This document shows positions 15,096-24,017 of a DNA stretch of 25,295 nt, piece by piece. Below the pieces are notes generated by a model that saw only the letters and a program-made list of their open reading frames with translations, had not been told where the DNA came from and did not search any database. The DNA is taken from contig JBBIOR010000026.1 of the NCBI GenBank assembly GCA_037443265.1, forward strand, positions 1 through 25,295, written 5' to 3'. The position numbers and the translations under genes were made by a program. The DNA is from Candidatus Fraserbacteria bacterium (GTDB taxonomy: Bacteria > Bipolaricaulota > Bipolaricaulia > RBG-16-55-9). The number at the start of each line of letters is the position of its first letter. The stretch's first letter is position 1.

Positions 15096-15835
15096 ACCGC
15101 GATGCTCCCCCTGTAGGCCTCCAAGACCCTCGCCACATCTCCTACGGCAATGACCTCTCCGTGAGCGAGCAAGCAGGCCCGATCGCACAGCTTCTTCACC
15201 GCTTCCACACTATGCGACACGAAGAGGATCGTCTTCCCCTGCCGACGGAACTCCATCATGCGCTCCAGACACTTCTCCTGAAAGCGCTCATCCCCCACCG
15301 CCAGCACCTCGTCAATCAACAAGATGTCAGGATCGAGATGGACGGCGATGGAAAACCCCAAGCGCGCCTGCATGCCCGTCGAGTAATTTTTAATCGGCGC
15401 ATCGATGAACCCCTCCAGCTCCGAGAACTCCACGATCCTCGGGTAGATCTCGTCGATCTCCTCGCGCGTCAGCCCATAAAGCGAAGCGTTCAAATAGACG
15501 TTCTCCTCACCCGTGAGCTCGGGGTGGAAACCCAACCCAATCTCGATCATCGGCGCCACCCTCCCCCGGACAACGATCTCGCCCCTGGTGGGGTAGAGCG
15601 TGCGCGCGATCAAGTAGAGCAGCGTGCTCTTCCCCGAGCCGTTGGGCCCCATCAGCCCCACCGCCTCGCCCTGCTCGACCGTAAGACTCACCCCCTTGAG
15701 CGCCCAGAAGGCCTCCCGCCTCTCCCGGTAACGCTCATGGAACAGCCCCAAGAACTTCGTCTTGAGCGCATCACTCCGATTATGTCTTATGATGTACTGC
15801 TTCCAGACATCGCGCACTTCGATTGAGCTGGCCAC
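15092..15835 (-). CDS. wzt: Polysaccharide ABC exporter ATPase (Wzt/TagH), short form with no C-terminal domain
   Basis: [41 protein letters not shown] and VSH motifs; GTG at 15835 with GGAGG RBS; 247 aa. Confidence 0.93.
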   Translation of the reverse strand: MASSIEVRDVWKQYIIRHNRSDALKTKFLGLFHERYRERREAFWALKGVSLTVEQGEAVGLMGPNGSGKSTLLYLIARTLYPTRGEIVVRGRVAPMIEIGLGFHPELTGEENVYLNASLYGLTREEIDEIYPRIVEFSELEGFIDAPIKNYSTGMQARLGFSIAVHLDPDILLIDEVLAVGDERFQEKCLERMMEFRRQGKTILFVSHSVEAVKKLCDRACLLAHGEVIAVGDVARVLEAYRGSIAV

Positions 15836-15836
15836 C

Positions 15837-16619
15837 TTAGAGCTCCTCCGCAAACGAGGGGTGGTATCGGCGAAAGACCCAACTGCCCAGGGCCAAAGAC
15901 AAGCCCGCCCACAGCAAGGCGAGCCCCCACGTCTCCCCTGCCGGCCAGCGCCCCCAGTAGATCACATCTTGATACGCGCTGATATAGGCCGTCAGTGGGT
16001 TGAGCTGGAATAGCCAACGCACCCGCTCCGGCACCATGGAGAGATGGTAGATGATCGGGGTCACCCAGAAGAGAGCCAGCAGCCCCACCTCCGTCAGATG
16101 CCTCACGTCTTGGTAGAAGACAGTGACCGCGGAGAGCAGAAGCGCGATCCCCACGGTGAAGGCGAAGTGCAACAGCAGAACCAAAGGATATGCGGCCACC
16201 GCCCCACGCAGCGGCGCCCCCAGAAAGATCAGCGCCGGAAAGAAGACAATCAAAGCAAACAGAAATTGAATGAGATTGAACAGCACCGTGGAGAGCGGCA
16301 GGATCTCTCTGGGGAAGTGGATCTTCTTCACCAAGTTCCCGTTGGAGAGGATCGCCGTCGTCGAAGCCATGACCGCCGTGCTGAAAAAGATCCACGGCAG
16401 GATACCCGTGATCAGAAATAGGGTGAAGTTCTCCAGCTGGATTCGCAGGATGTACTTGAACGCGATCGAGTACACAACAATTAAGATCAAGGGATTGAGT
16501 AGTGACCAGACAAAGCCGAGCCATGAGCCGCCATATTTGAGCTTCAAGTCCTTGAGGACCAGATTCTTAAGCAGCTCTCGGTACTGCCAGAGCGTGCGCT
16601 CACCCCCCCCTGCGACCAT
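15837..16619 (-). CDS. wzm: Polysaccharide ABC exporter permease (Wzm)
   Basis: [36 protein letters not shown] and NPLT motifs; multiple TM segments. Confidence 0.93.
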   Translation of the reverse strand: MVAGGGERTLWQYRELLKNLVLKDLKLKYGGSWLGFVWSLLNPLILIVVYSIAFKYILRIQLENFTLFLITGILPWIFFSTAVMASTTAILSNGNLVKKIHFPREILPLSTVLFNLIQFLFALIVFFPALIFLGAPLRGAVAAYPLVLLLHFAFTVGIALLLSAVTVFYQDVRHLTEVGLLALFWVTPIIYHLSMVPERVRWLFQLNPLTAYISAYQDVIYWGRWPAGETWGLALLWAGLSLALGSWVFRRYHPSFAEEL

Positions 16620-17751
16620 AGCCCTTCCCCCAGGCACGGATCACCTCCACGATGCGCCGGCCCGCCCGTCCATCCCCATACGGGTTAGGCACACTCGCCA
16701 TGCGCCGGTACTCCGCCTCGTCGTCGAGGAGCCTTTGTACGGCCTGATAGATCGAATCCACTTCTGTCCCGACCAATTGGGCAGCCCCTACCTCGATCCC
16801 CTCCGGCCGCTCGGTGGTCTTCCTCAGCACGAGAACCGGCACGTGCAGAGAGGGCGCCTCTTCTTGAATGCCGCCCGAGTCCGTCAAGATGAGATAGGCC
16901 CGACTCATCAGCTGCACAAACGCGCAGTAGTCCAACGGCTCCACCAGGTGCACCCGCTTCTCCCCGTGGAGGATCTGCCGAACCGGCCCGCGCACATTCG
17001 GGTTCAAATGGACAGGGTAGACGATCTCCACGTCCTCGTTCGCCTCCGCAATCTTTCGCAGAGCCTGGCAGATTTTGAGAATCCCAGGGCCGAAACTCTC
17101 CCGCCTGTGTGCAGTCACCAAGATCAAGCGCTGCCCCGCCCTTGGCTCAAAGGGCATGGGACGCTCGTCTCCCCGTGTCTTCTCCAACACGAAGAATAAC
17201 GCGTCGATCACGGTGTTTCCAGTGACGGTGATCCGGTGCTCTTCCACGCCCTCCCGCAGCAGGTTCTGTTTGGCCGCTTCCGTGGGAGCAAAGTAGAGGT
17301 CAGAGAGCACGTCTACGAGTCGGCGATTCATCTCCTCGGGGAAGGGATTGCGCTTGTCATAGCTGCGTAGGCCGGCCTCCACGTGGGCCACGGGGGTCTG
17401 CTCATAAAAAGCGGCCAGCGCCGCGACGAACGCCGTGGTCGTGTCCCCCTGGACCAGCACGAGATCCGGCCTCGCCATCTCGATCACCTCCCTCAGGCCA
17501 CCCAGAGCGCCAACGGTCACGTCGTAAAGCGACTGATTCGGCCTCATGATGTTCAGATCCCAGTCGGGTCGAATCTCGAACAGCCTCAAGAAGGGATCGA
17601 GCATCTCTCTGTGCTGGGCCGTCACACAGACCAGGGAGCGGACCTCCTTGGGATGTGCTTCTAGCTCCCTGATCACCGGAGCGAGTTTGATCGCCTCAGG
17701 ACGCGTGCCCAACACCGTCAGCACTTTGAGCGCTTCTTGGGCCTCTCCCAT
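16600..17751 (-). CDS. wecB: UDP-N-acetylglucosamine 2-epimerase (non-hydrolysing)
   Basis: GTRPEAIK, QHREML, QGDT, HVEAGLRS, PEEMNR, HRRES, TDSGGIQEE and NPYGDG motifs; start re-called at ATG 17751. Confidence 0.95.
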   Translation of the reverse strand: MGEAQEALKVLTVLGTRPEAIKLAPVIRELEAHPKEVRSLVCVTAQHREMLDPFLRLFEIRPDWDLNIMRPNQSLYDVTVGALGGLREVIEMARPDLVLVQGDTTTAFVAALAAFYEQTPVAHVEAGLRSYDKRNPFPEEMNRRLVDVLSDLYFAPTEAAKQNLLREGVEEHRITVTGNTVIDALFFVLEKTRGDERPMPFEPRAGQRLILVTAHRRESFGPGILKICQALRKIAEANEDVEIVYPVHLNPNVRGPVRQILHGEKRVHLVEPLDYCAFVQLMSRAYLILTDSGGIQEEAPSLHVPVLVLRKTTERPEGIEVGAAQLVGTEVDSIYQAVQRLLDDEAEYRRMASVPNPYGDGRAGRRIVEVIRAWGKGYGRRGG

Positions 17752-17758
17752 CCCCGCA

Positions 17759-17787
17759 AGAATAAATATTCCTGGGGCAGAATGCAA
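17759..17787 (-). promoter_or_regulatory. Putative promoter for the wecB-wzm-wzt operon, probably leaderless
   Basis: Minus-strand TTGCAT (17787-17782), 17-nt spacer, TATTCT (17764-17759), 7 nt before the ATG. Confidence 0.55.
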
Positions 17788-17806
17788 TGGATGTAATAGT
17801 CCTCTC

Positions 17807-17835
17807 TTGACATGCGGAGGAGCGTGCGCTAGAGT
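17807..17835 (+). promoter_or_regulatory. sigma70-type promoter
   Basis: TTGACA (17807-17812), 17-nt spacer, TAGAGT (17830-17835). Confidence 0.7.
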
Positions 17836-17850
17836 AAGGCCAAATCCAAA

Positions 17851-18216
17851 ATGGGGGGAGGCTGGAAACCCTTGAGCACCGCGAGCTGGAGAGACTGGGC
17901 CGAGCGGTTCATCTACCGCCGTGCCTATGAGGACCGATGGGGGGTCTTCCACACCCCAGCCGGAGAATGGGATGAACTGCTCAAATACTACCAGCACTGG
18001 GTGAGGCTCAAGGTGAGTGACGCCGCTCGCAGGCTGGCGCGTCCCGCGTCGACCGCAGCCCTTGAGCTGATCCGCGAAGAGGCTGCAGAACGCCGCCGCC
18101 TGCAGGCGCAAGCCTACCGTCTGGAGACGGAGTACTTGAAGTGGGTCAACCGTAGGAAGCAGTGGAAGAGAAGACGCAAGAAGGCCAAAGCGAACGTCGT
18201 ACAGCAGGGAATATGA
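17851..18216 (+). CDS. Small basic, Trp/Arg-rich helical hypothetical protein
   Basis: Has its own promoter; start is ATG 17851 or TTG 17872 (GGAGG upstream); host-like codon usage; followed by hairpins. Confidence 0.7.
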   Translation: MGGGWKPLSTASWRDWAERFIYRRAYEDRWGVFHTPAGEWDELLKYYQHWVRLKVSDAARRLARPASTAALELIREEAAERRRLQAQAYRLETEYLKWVNRRKQWKRRRKKAKANVVQQGI

Positions 18217-18224
18217 CGTAGTTC

Positions 18225-18267
18225 GGCGCGCCTCGCGCCAGAGCGGGCCGATTGGGAGTCCCGCTTT
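18225..18267. terminator. Two GC-rich hairpins between convergent genes, possible terminator
   Basis: GGCGCG-cct-CGCGCC (18225-18239) and AGCGGG-N12-CCCGCT followed by TT (18242-18267); the U-tract is weak. Confidence 0.35.
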
Positions 18268-18343
18268 AAAGGTGATGATTTGGCCTGGTTCAGGAGCCAT
18301 GGCGAGACTTTTATAATATATGTTCTTATTTATGGAATAGAGT

Positions 18344-18619
18344 TTAAGAAGAATGATGCAATTCGCCCATCGCCTCAAGATACTTTTGGATCACGATCTT
18401 CTCCAGTGTGTGCCGGAATCGTTCCGTGGTGGGATGGGCCACATCTAGGAACTGCCTCCCGTTGACCTTGCGGCTCGGCATGGCCACGTAGAGACCTTGA
18501 TCCCCTTCCAGGATTTTGACGGCGTGGACGACAAAGCAATCGTCGAAGACTACCGAACAAAGGGCCTTGAGATTCCCCCGCCCTCGGATCGGTCGGACAT
18601 CGACTCTCGTGATCTCCAT
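18344..18619 (-). CDS. spoVG: SpoVG family nucleic-acid-binding protein
   Basis: MEITRVDVR..LKA.CSV.FDDCFVVH..KI.EG..GLYVAMPSRK....F.DVAHP is the SpoVG signature. Confidence 0.95.
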   Translation of the reverse strand: MEITRVDVRPIRGRGNLKALCSVVFDDCFVVHAVKILEGDQGLYVAMPSRKVNGRQFLDVAHPTTERFRHTLEKIVIQKYLEAMGELHHSS

Positions 18620-18642
18620 GACGCTGCTGGGTGCTCTGTAGA

Positions 18643-18672
18643 ATTCTAGTGGTGCAGGACACTGCTTGTCAA
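18643..18672 (-). promoter_or_regulatory. sigma70-type promoter for spoVG
   Basis: Minus-strand TTGACA (18672-18667), 18-nt spacer, TAGAAT (18648-18643). Confidence 0.65.
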
Positions 18673-18709
18673 ATCTCTCGAGCTGATCCATTCATATACG
18701 AGGTGCAGC

Positions 18710-20440
18710 ATGGAACCGATCGCGCCCTACGGCGGCACCCTGAGAGAACTGATCGTCAACGCAGCGAAAGCCGAAGAGCTCAAGGCAGAGGCTGTCTATC
18801 TGCCCTCTTGGGATCTCACTCAGCGCCAGGTCTGGGACCTGGAACTTCTACTCAATGGGGCCTTCTCTCCGCTGCGAGGCTATCTGAGTCGCGCGGACTA
18901 CGAGTCGGTCTGCCAAAGCATGCGGCTGGCCGATGGCACCCTCTGGCCCATCCCCATCACCCTGGATGTGACCGAGGAGTTCGCGGCTCGCCTAGCCGTG
19001 GGGCAGCGGGTAGCGCTGCGCCATCCGGAGGGGATGATCCTGGCGATCCTGACGGTCCGCGACATCTGGAAGCCCGATCGCAAGAGAGAAGCCGAGCGGG
19101 TCTACGGCACCACCGATGAAGCCCATCCGGGCGTCTTCCAGCTCTACCATCAGACGCATCCCCTCTACGTGGGCGGTGAGCTTGAAGGACTGGAGCACCC
19201 GCCCCATCACACGTTCAAGCACCTCCGACACACCCCGGCCGAGCTGCGCCATCTCTTCAAGAAGCTGGGGTGGAAGAGAATTGTTGCGTTTCAGACGCGC
19301 AACCCCATGCACAAGGCGCACGTGGAACTCACCAAGCGGGCCGCTGCCCAAGCGCACGCGAATCTGCTCATCCATCCCGTGGTGGGGCGCACCAGCCCCG
19401 GAGATGTGGACTACTTCGTGCGCGTCCGGTGCTATCAGGCGATCTTGAAGTATTACCCGGAGCAGACGACGATGCTCAGTCTCTTGCCGCTGGCGATGCG
19501 CATGGCCGGGCCGCGCGAGGCCCTCTGGCACGCCTTAATTAGAAGGAACTACGGCTGCACCCACTTCATCATCGGGCGGGATCACGCCGGACCGGGCCCA
19601 AACAGCAACGGCGAGCCGTTCTATCCCCCCTACGCGGCCCAAGAGCTGGCCCAAAAATACCAAGACGAGCTGGGCCTTCAAATTGTACCCTTCGAGGAGA
19701 TGGTCTATGTGGAAGACCGGGCCCAGTATATGCCCAGATCAGAGGTGCCCAAGGGAGCTCGAGTCCTGACACTCTCAGGCACAGAGCTGCGGCGGCGGCT
19801 GCGCGAGGGCCTGGAGATCCCCGACTGGTTCTCTTATCCCGAGGTCATTGCGGCCCTGCGAAGGTCCTTCCCGCCGCGGGAAAAGCAGGGGTTCACCGTC
19901 TTCTTCACCGGCCTTTCCGGAGCCGGAAAATCCACCATCGCCAACATCTTGGTGGCCAAGCTCATGGAGATCGGCACCCGGCCGGTGACGCTCTTGGATG
20001 GAGACATTGTAAGAAAGCACCTATCGCAAGAGCTGGGCTTCTCCAAGAAGGACCGGGACATCAACGTGAGGCGCATCGGCTTTGTGGCTTCGGAGATCAC
20101 CAAGAACCGGGGGATCGCCGTCTGCGCGCCCATTGCGCCCTACCGAGCGACCCGGCGCGAGGTGCGCGAGCTCATCAGCCAATACGGCGGATTCATCGAG
20201 GTCTATGTGGCTACTCCCTTGGAAGTGTGCGAGGCCCGGGATCGCAAGGGGCTGTACGCCAAGGCCCGAGCCGGCTTGATCAAAGACTTCACAGGAATCA
20301 ACGATCCCTACGAGCCCCCGGAGCACCCGGACGTCACCGTCGATACCGCGAAGATGAGCTGCGAAGAAGCCGCCCACGAGATCCTGCTCTATCTGGCCAA
20401 AGAAGGCTTTATCGAAGGGGACCATCTGAGGGAGGTCTGA
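18710..20440 (+). CDS. sat-cysC: Bifunctional sulfate adenylyltransferase / adenylylsulfate kinase (PAPS synthesis)
   Basis: AFQTRNPMH, AGPREALWHA and GRDHAG (Sat); FTGLSGAGKST, LDGDIVR and FTGINDPYE (APS kinase). Confidence 0.96.
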   Translation: MEPIAPYGGTLRELIVNAAKAEELKAEAVYLPSWDLTQRQVWDLELLLNGAFSPLRGYLSRADYESVCQSMRLADGTLWPIPITLDVTEEFAARLAVGQRVALRHPEGMILAILTVRDIWKPDRKREAERVYGTTDEAHPGVFQLYHQTHPLYVGGELEGLEHPPHHTFKHLRHTPAELRHLFKKLGWKRIVAFQTRNPMHKAHVELTKRAAAQAHANLLIHPVVGRTSPGDVDYFVRVRCYQAILKYYPEQTTMLSLLPLAMRMAGPREALWHALIRRNYGCTHFIIGRDHAGPGPNSNGEPFYPPYAAQELAQKYQDELGLQIVPFEEMVYVEDRAQYMPRSEVPKGARVLTLSGTELRRRLREGLEIPDWFSYPEVIAALRRSFPPREKQGFTVFFTGLSGAGKSTIANILVAKLMEIGTRPVTLLDGDIVRKHLSQELGFSKKDRDINVRRIGFVASEITKNRGIAVCAPIAPYRATRREVRELISQYGGFIEVYVATPLEVCEARDRKGLYAKARAGLIKDFTGINDPYEPPEHPDVTVDTAKMSCEEAAHEILLYLAKEGFIEGDHLREV

Positions 20441-21814
20441 ATGTGGCGGCATGGCAACAAGAAGCGGGTTCTGGTCATCGGGCTTGATAGCCTGGAGCCC
20501 TCGCTGGCCTTCGAGAAGTTTTCCGCGGAGATGCCCACCCTCACGCGGCTTTTGAGAGCCGGGGCCTGGGGACGGCTTAAGAGCGTCATTCCCCCCATCA
20601 CGGTGCCGGCCTGGGCCTGCCTGGTCACCGGCAAAGATCCGGGCACGCTGGGCATCTACGGCTTCCGCAATCGCCGCGACTACAGCTACCAGGGGCTCTC
20701 GATCGTCACCTCGAAGAGCGTCCGCGAGAAGACCCTCTGGGACTACTTGTCCCAAGCGGGCAAGCAGAGCATCGTCATCGGAGTGCCCCCCTCCTATCCG
20801 CCCAAGCCCCTAAACGGCTACGCCATCTCCTGCTTCCTTACGCCCAACACGGCTGCTCAGTACACCTATCCCCCGGAGCTCAAGGGGGAGATTCAGCGCT
20901 TGGTCGGAGACTACCTGGTTGACGTGCGCAACTTCCGCACCGAGGATAAACGCTGGCTGCTCGATCAGATCTATCAGCTTACCGAGCAGCGCTTCCGGGT
21001 CGCCCGGCACTTGCTGACCACCAAGCCCTGGGACTTCTTCATGGTGGTCGATATGGGCCCGGATCGCCTCCACCACGGCTTCTGGAAGTTCTGCGACCCC
21101 TCTCATCGCAAATACGAGCCGGGCAACCCCTTCGAGAGCGCCATGCGCGACTACTACCGCTTCCTGGACGAGCGCCTCCGCGAGTTCTTAGAGCACGTGC
21201 CCGACGACGCTGCGGTGTTGATCGTCTCCGACCACGGGGCCAAGCGCATGGACGGCGGCCTCTGCGTCAACGAGTGGCTCCTCCGCCAGGGCTACTTGCA
21301 CCTGCGCTCCTACCCCGACACTCCCAAGCGCCTCGAGGAGCTGCTGCCCGAGGTCGACTGGTCTCGTACGGTCGCCTGGGGCGAGGGCGGCTACTACAGC
21401 CGGATCTTCCTCAACGTCCAAGGTCGCGAGCCCCAGGGGGTCGTCTCCCCCTCGGAGTACGAGTCGGTTCGGGATGAGCTCATCGACCAGCTGGAGTCTT
21501 TAGGGGACGAGCACGCCCGGCCCATCGGGACTAAGGTGTACAAGCCACAGGAGATTTACGCCGAAGTGAAGGGGATTGCGCCGGATCTCATCGCGCTCTT
21601 GGGGGATCTGCACTGGCGCTCGGTGGGCAGCGTGGGCTGGAACACCGTCTGGGTCCACGAGAACGACACCGGTCCTGACGACGCCAACCACGCCCAATAT
21701 GGGCTCTTCGTCGCCTGGGGCTGGGGGGCGGACCTGCGCGGGGAGCAACGGGGTTGGCAGCTCACCCAGTTGGCCGGGACGATCCTTAAGCTCATGGCCA
21801 TTGACACACCGTGA
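20441..21814 (+). CDS. Alkaline-phosphatase-superfamily nucleotide pyrophosphatase/phosphodiesterase-type protein
   Basis: VIGLDS, PPITVPAW (Thr nucleophile), TGKDPG, DRLHH, VSDHG and DDANH motifs; abuts the sat-cysC stop; no signal peptide. Confidence 0.9.
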   Translation: MWRHGNKKRVLVIGLDSLEPSLAFEKFSAEMPTLTRLLRAGAWGRLKSVIPPITVPAWACLVTGKDPGTLGIYGFRNRRDYSYQGLSIVTSKSVREKTLWDYLSQAGKQSIVIGVPPSYPPKPLNGYAISCFLTPNTAAQYTYPPELKGEIQRLVGDYLVDVRNFRTEDKRWLLDQIYQLTEQRFRVARHLLTTKPWDFFMVVDMGPDRLHHGFWKFCDPSHRKYEPGNPFESAMRDYYRFLDERLREFLEHVPDDAAVLIVSDHGAKRMDGGLCVNEWLLRQGYLHLRSYPDTPKRLEELLPEVDWSRTVAWGEGGYYSRIFLNVQGREPQGVVSPSEYESVRDELIDQLESLGDEHARPIGTKVYKPQEIYAEVKGIAPDLIALLGDLHWRSVGSVGWNTVWVHENDTGPDDANHAQYGLFVAWGWGADLRGEQRGWQLTQLAGTILKLMAIDTP

Positions 21815-21897
21815 GACCATAGAGCTGAGCTGAGTTACAATCGCCCGAAGGAGCACCCAATCATGCGAGCAAGCGTCAAACCGCAAAAGGAGCGAAT

Positions 21898-22194
21898 ATG
21901 AGGGAGGCGAAGTCGGAGTGGCCGATCCCCGATCTGGAGTCTCAGCCGATCACGGAAGAGCAGTACTTCGCCTTCACGCCGGAGAAGTTCGAGCTCTGTA
22001 AGGGCTATCTCTTTGAGCCGCCGGACCGTCACGAGCTGCGGACCCCGCTGCTGGCCCTGTTGCTGAGGAACGAGGGGCTCCTGCGAGCTGTGCGCTTGGC
22101 CCCCTTAGAGCGCTGGCGGGAAGCGCTTCGTAGGGCGGGGGCGAGGAGCAAGGTCTTTAGACCCGTTGAGCTGGGCCTAGATCGGGGTTCATGA
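21898..22194 (+). CDS. Small hypothetical protein, N-terminus loosely like the Uma2 N-terminal segment
   Basis: AAGGAG RBS; PITEEQYFAFTPEKFELCKGYL resembles the Uma2 'TxEEY..LPE...EL..G.L' segment. Confidence 0.65.
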   Translation: MREAKSEWPIPDLESQPITEEQYFAFTPEKFELCKGYLFEPPDRHELRTPLLALLLRNEGLLRAVRLAPLERWREALRRAGARSKVFRPVELGLDRGS

Positions 22195-22232
22195 CCCTTC
22201 TGATCGTCTTCGAACCGCGGCGCGAATGTATG
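22191..22232 (+). pseudogene. Very short wecB-like 5' remnant
   Basis: ATGA-coupled start reading MTLLIVFEPRRECM; 22207-22231 matches 24451-24475 at 23/25 nt. Confidence 0.5.
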
Positions 22233-22261
22233 CCCCTTTGCACACCCCGAGAAGGAGCGGT

Positions 22262-22510
22262 ATCATCTTCCTGGTTGCGGTGCTCCGGACCTTCACGGAG
22301 GCTCGCGGATCGGGTAAGGTAAGGTGCTGAGCGCCCCCTTTCAGATGCATCTGGCTGCCTTACAGCGAGGCCGAGAGCCCGATCTGCTGTTTGTGACCAA
22401 GGAGCACGAAGGCTTGCTCAAAGAGACCTATCTCGATGGTCCTGCAGCTCTATGAGGCGGATCGTGAGGGGATTTATCGCTCGGAGGTGCTGCCGGGGTT
22501 CGGGCTGATC
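22262..22510 (+). pseudogene. Uma2-family pseudogene
   Basis: IIFLVAVLRTFTEARGSGK, then a 5-bp GGTAA duplication (frameshift), VLSAPFQM..REPDLLFV..YLDGPA, then an internal deletion to YEADREGIYRSEVLPGF. Confidence 0.8.
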
Positions 22511-22642
22511 TGCCTCATTGAGGCCATGAACGCATACGGGCTCCACCCCGGCCTCGGCCTCCTGTGCCCGGTCTCGCACAACGGTATAGCGTCTAAGAAC
22601 ATGATGAAGAGCTGTGTCAATGTCGATTAAGCCGGATGAGAC

Positions 22643-22795
22643 GACACCAAGATTCAAGTGAGGAGGAGAGCCGGCAGGTCCGTTCAAGAGGTGCTCGAAG
22701 CCTATCCGGAACCGGAAGCTGAGGATGTCCACCAGGCGATGAAGTACGCGGCTTGGGTGGCCTCGGAGCAGATCCACATGGTGCTAACAGATTAG
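22643..22795 (+). pseudogene. DUF433 (antitoxin-like) remnant
   Basis: Reads DTKIQV..AGRSVQEVLEAYPEPEAEDVHQAMKYAAW, the DUF433 C-terminal pattern; N-terminus and an internal helix are missing. Confidence 0.75.
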
Positions 22796-22823
22796 AATAG
22801 AATGAGAAAAAGAGGCGGCCGCG

Positions 22824-24017
22824 ATGAGGCTCTCCGAGGAGCGGATGCTCAGCGCCTTTGAGGAGCTGGAGGCCTGGGTCTTTCAGGAGCGCTCGGCCCG
22901 ATTTGCCCAGACCCTGACTACAAGAAGGGAGAAGGCAGCCCGAGGCGAGCCCATCCCCTATCTTGCCACCGATCCAGACCATTTTCTCGGACTGGACATC
23001 GGGCTAAAATCCAGGAGCGGGTGCTTGATCACTCAACCCTGTATCTGCCTGTTTGTAAGACGCAAGCTCCCTCTGAGGGAATTGCCCTCCGAAGTGCAGA
23101 TTCCTCCCGAGGTGCGGGGCATTCCCACCGATGTCATCGGCTTGGGAGCCATCCGCTGCCCTCCGCCCACCAGAGCTTTTAGCCTTCGGCTGTCAAAAAG
23201 GGAGCAAGAGGAGCTGAAGCGGTGGCTCATTACACCTCAGCGCCTCGGACGCCTAAAGGGAGAGGTGCTGCGGACGGCCATCGATCTCGCCAATTGCTCT
23301 TCTTATGGCACATCAAGCAGAGTGGCTTGTGTGCGCCTAAGGCAGCGCTACCTCAAGAGGCCCGTCCCCGCCGGGGTCTCTGTGGGACACCCCCGGATCA
23401 CCGCCGGCACCCTGGGGTGTCTGGTCCAAAAGGGCCGAAAGCACTTCATCCTGAGCAACAACCACGTTCTGGCCAACGGCAACGAGGCTCAGACCGGAGA
23501 TCCTGTCCTTCAGCCCGGGCCCTACGACGGAGGGAAGAACACCCCTCGTTACCGGATCGGAAGGCTTTCCCAGTTTGTGCCCATCGCCTTCGATGGCCGG
23601 CCCAATCAAGTGGATGCCGCCATCGCCGAGACGGAATTAAAGAGCGTAAAAGCGGAGATCTGCTCCATCGGGAAGGTGGCGGGTCTGGCCCGGCTAAGAA
23701 GGGGGCTTGTGGTTCAGAAGCATGGTCGGACCACCGGGCCCACCCGGGGGCTCCTCAGCGGACTTTACGCCAAGATCTGGGTGGATTATGATGGGAAGGC
23801 GGCGCTGTTTGAGGGGCAGCTCAGGCTAGAGGGCGGCCGAATCCCTTTCAGCGCCGGGGGTGATTCGGGCTCGCTCATTGTGGATCTTGATGGCCGTGCG
23901 GTAGGGCTCCTCTTTGCCGGCTCGGAGCTTGAGAACATCACCTTTGCCAATCCGATCCGGGCGGTGCTTAAGGCCCTGAAAGTTCGCTTCCCTTCCAAGG
24001 GGAGGTCCAGGCCATGA
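22824..24017 (+). CDS. Trypsin-like (S1/PA clan) serine protease of the Nal1-like type
   Basis: GTLGCLV, ILSNNHVLA (His), QPGPYDGG, VDAAIA (Asp), GRTTG, GDSGS (Ser) and GLLFAG motifs; N-terminal VRRKLP...IPPEVRGIPTDV domain; no signal peptide. Confidence 0.88.
   Translation: MRLSEERMLSAFEELEAWVFQERSARFAQTLTTRREKAARGEPIPYLATDPDHFLGLDIGLKSRSGCLITQPCICLFVRRKLPLRELPSEVQIPPEVRGIPTDVIGLGAIRCPPPTRAFSLRLSKREQEELKRWLITPQRLGRLKGEVLRTAIDLANCSSYGTSSRVACVRLRQRYLKRPVPAGVSVGHPRITAGTLGCLVQKGRKHFILSNNHVLANGNEAQTGDPVLQPGPYDGGKNTPRYRIGRLSQFVPIAFDGRPNQVDAAIAETELKSVKAEICSIGKVAGLARLRRGLVVQKHGRTTGPTRGLLSGLYAKIWVDYDGKAALFEGQLRLEGGRIPFSAGGDSGSLIVDLDGRAVGLLFAGSELENITFANPIRAVLKALKVRFPSKGRSRP

Noticed and set aside
15161..17199. 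Long alternative ORFs (15161..15826, 15787..16524, 16270..17199)
   Set aside because: They are antisense or off-frame to well-supported wzt/wzm/wecB; such ORFs are expected in GC-rich DNA and show no motifs.
18217..18343. Possible ncRNA or riboswitch in the convergent intergenic gap (hairpins, AT-rich TATAAT tract)
   Set aside because: I could not match TPP, SRP, 6S or tRNA consensus by eye; an Rfam cmscan would be needed.
17752..18378. 209-aa N-terminal extension of WecB (592-aa ORF)
   Set aside because: It is the antisense shadow of the 17851-18216 gene and crosses promoters; WecB homology starts at 17751.
20441..21814. Formylglycine-dependent sulfatase call
   Set aside because: It lacks the (C/S)xPxR motif and has the PPITVPAW Thr-type signature instead.
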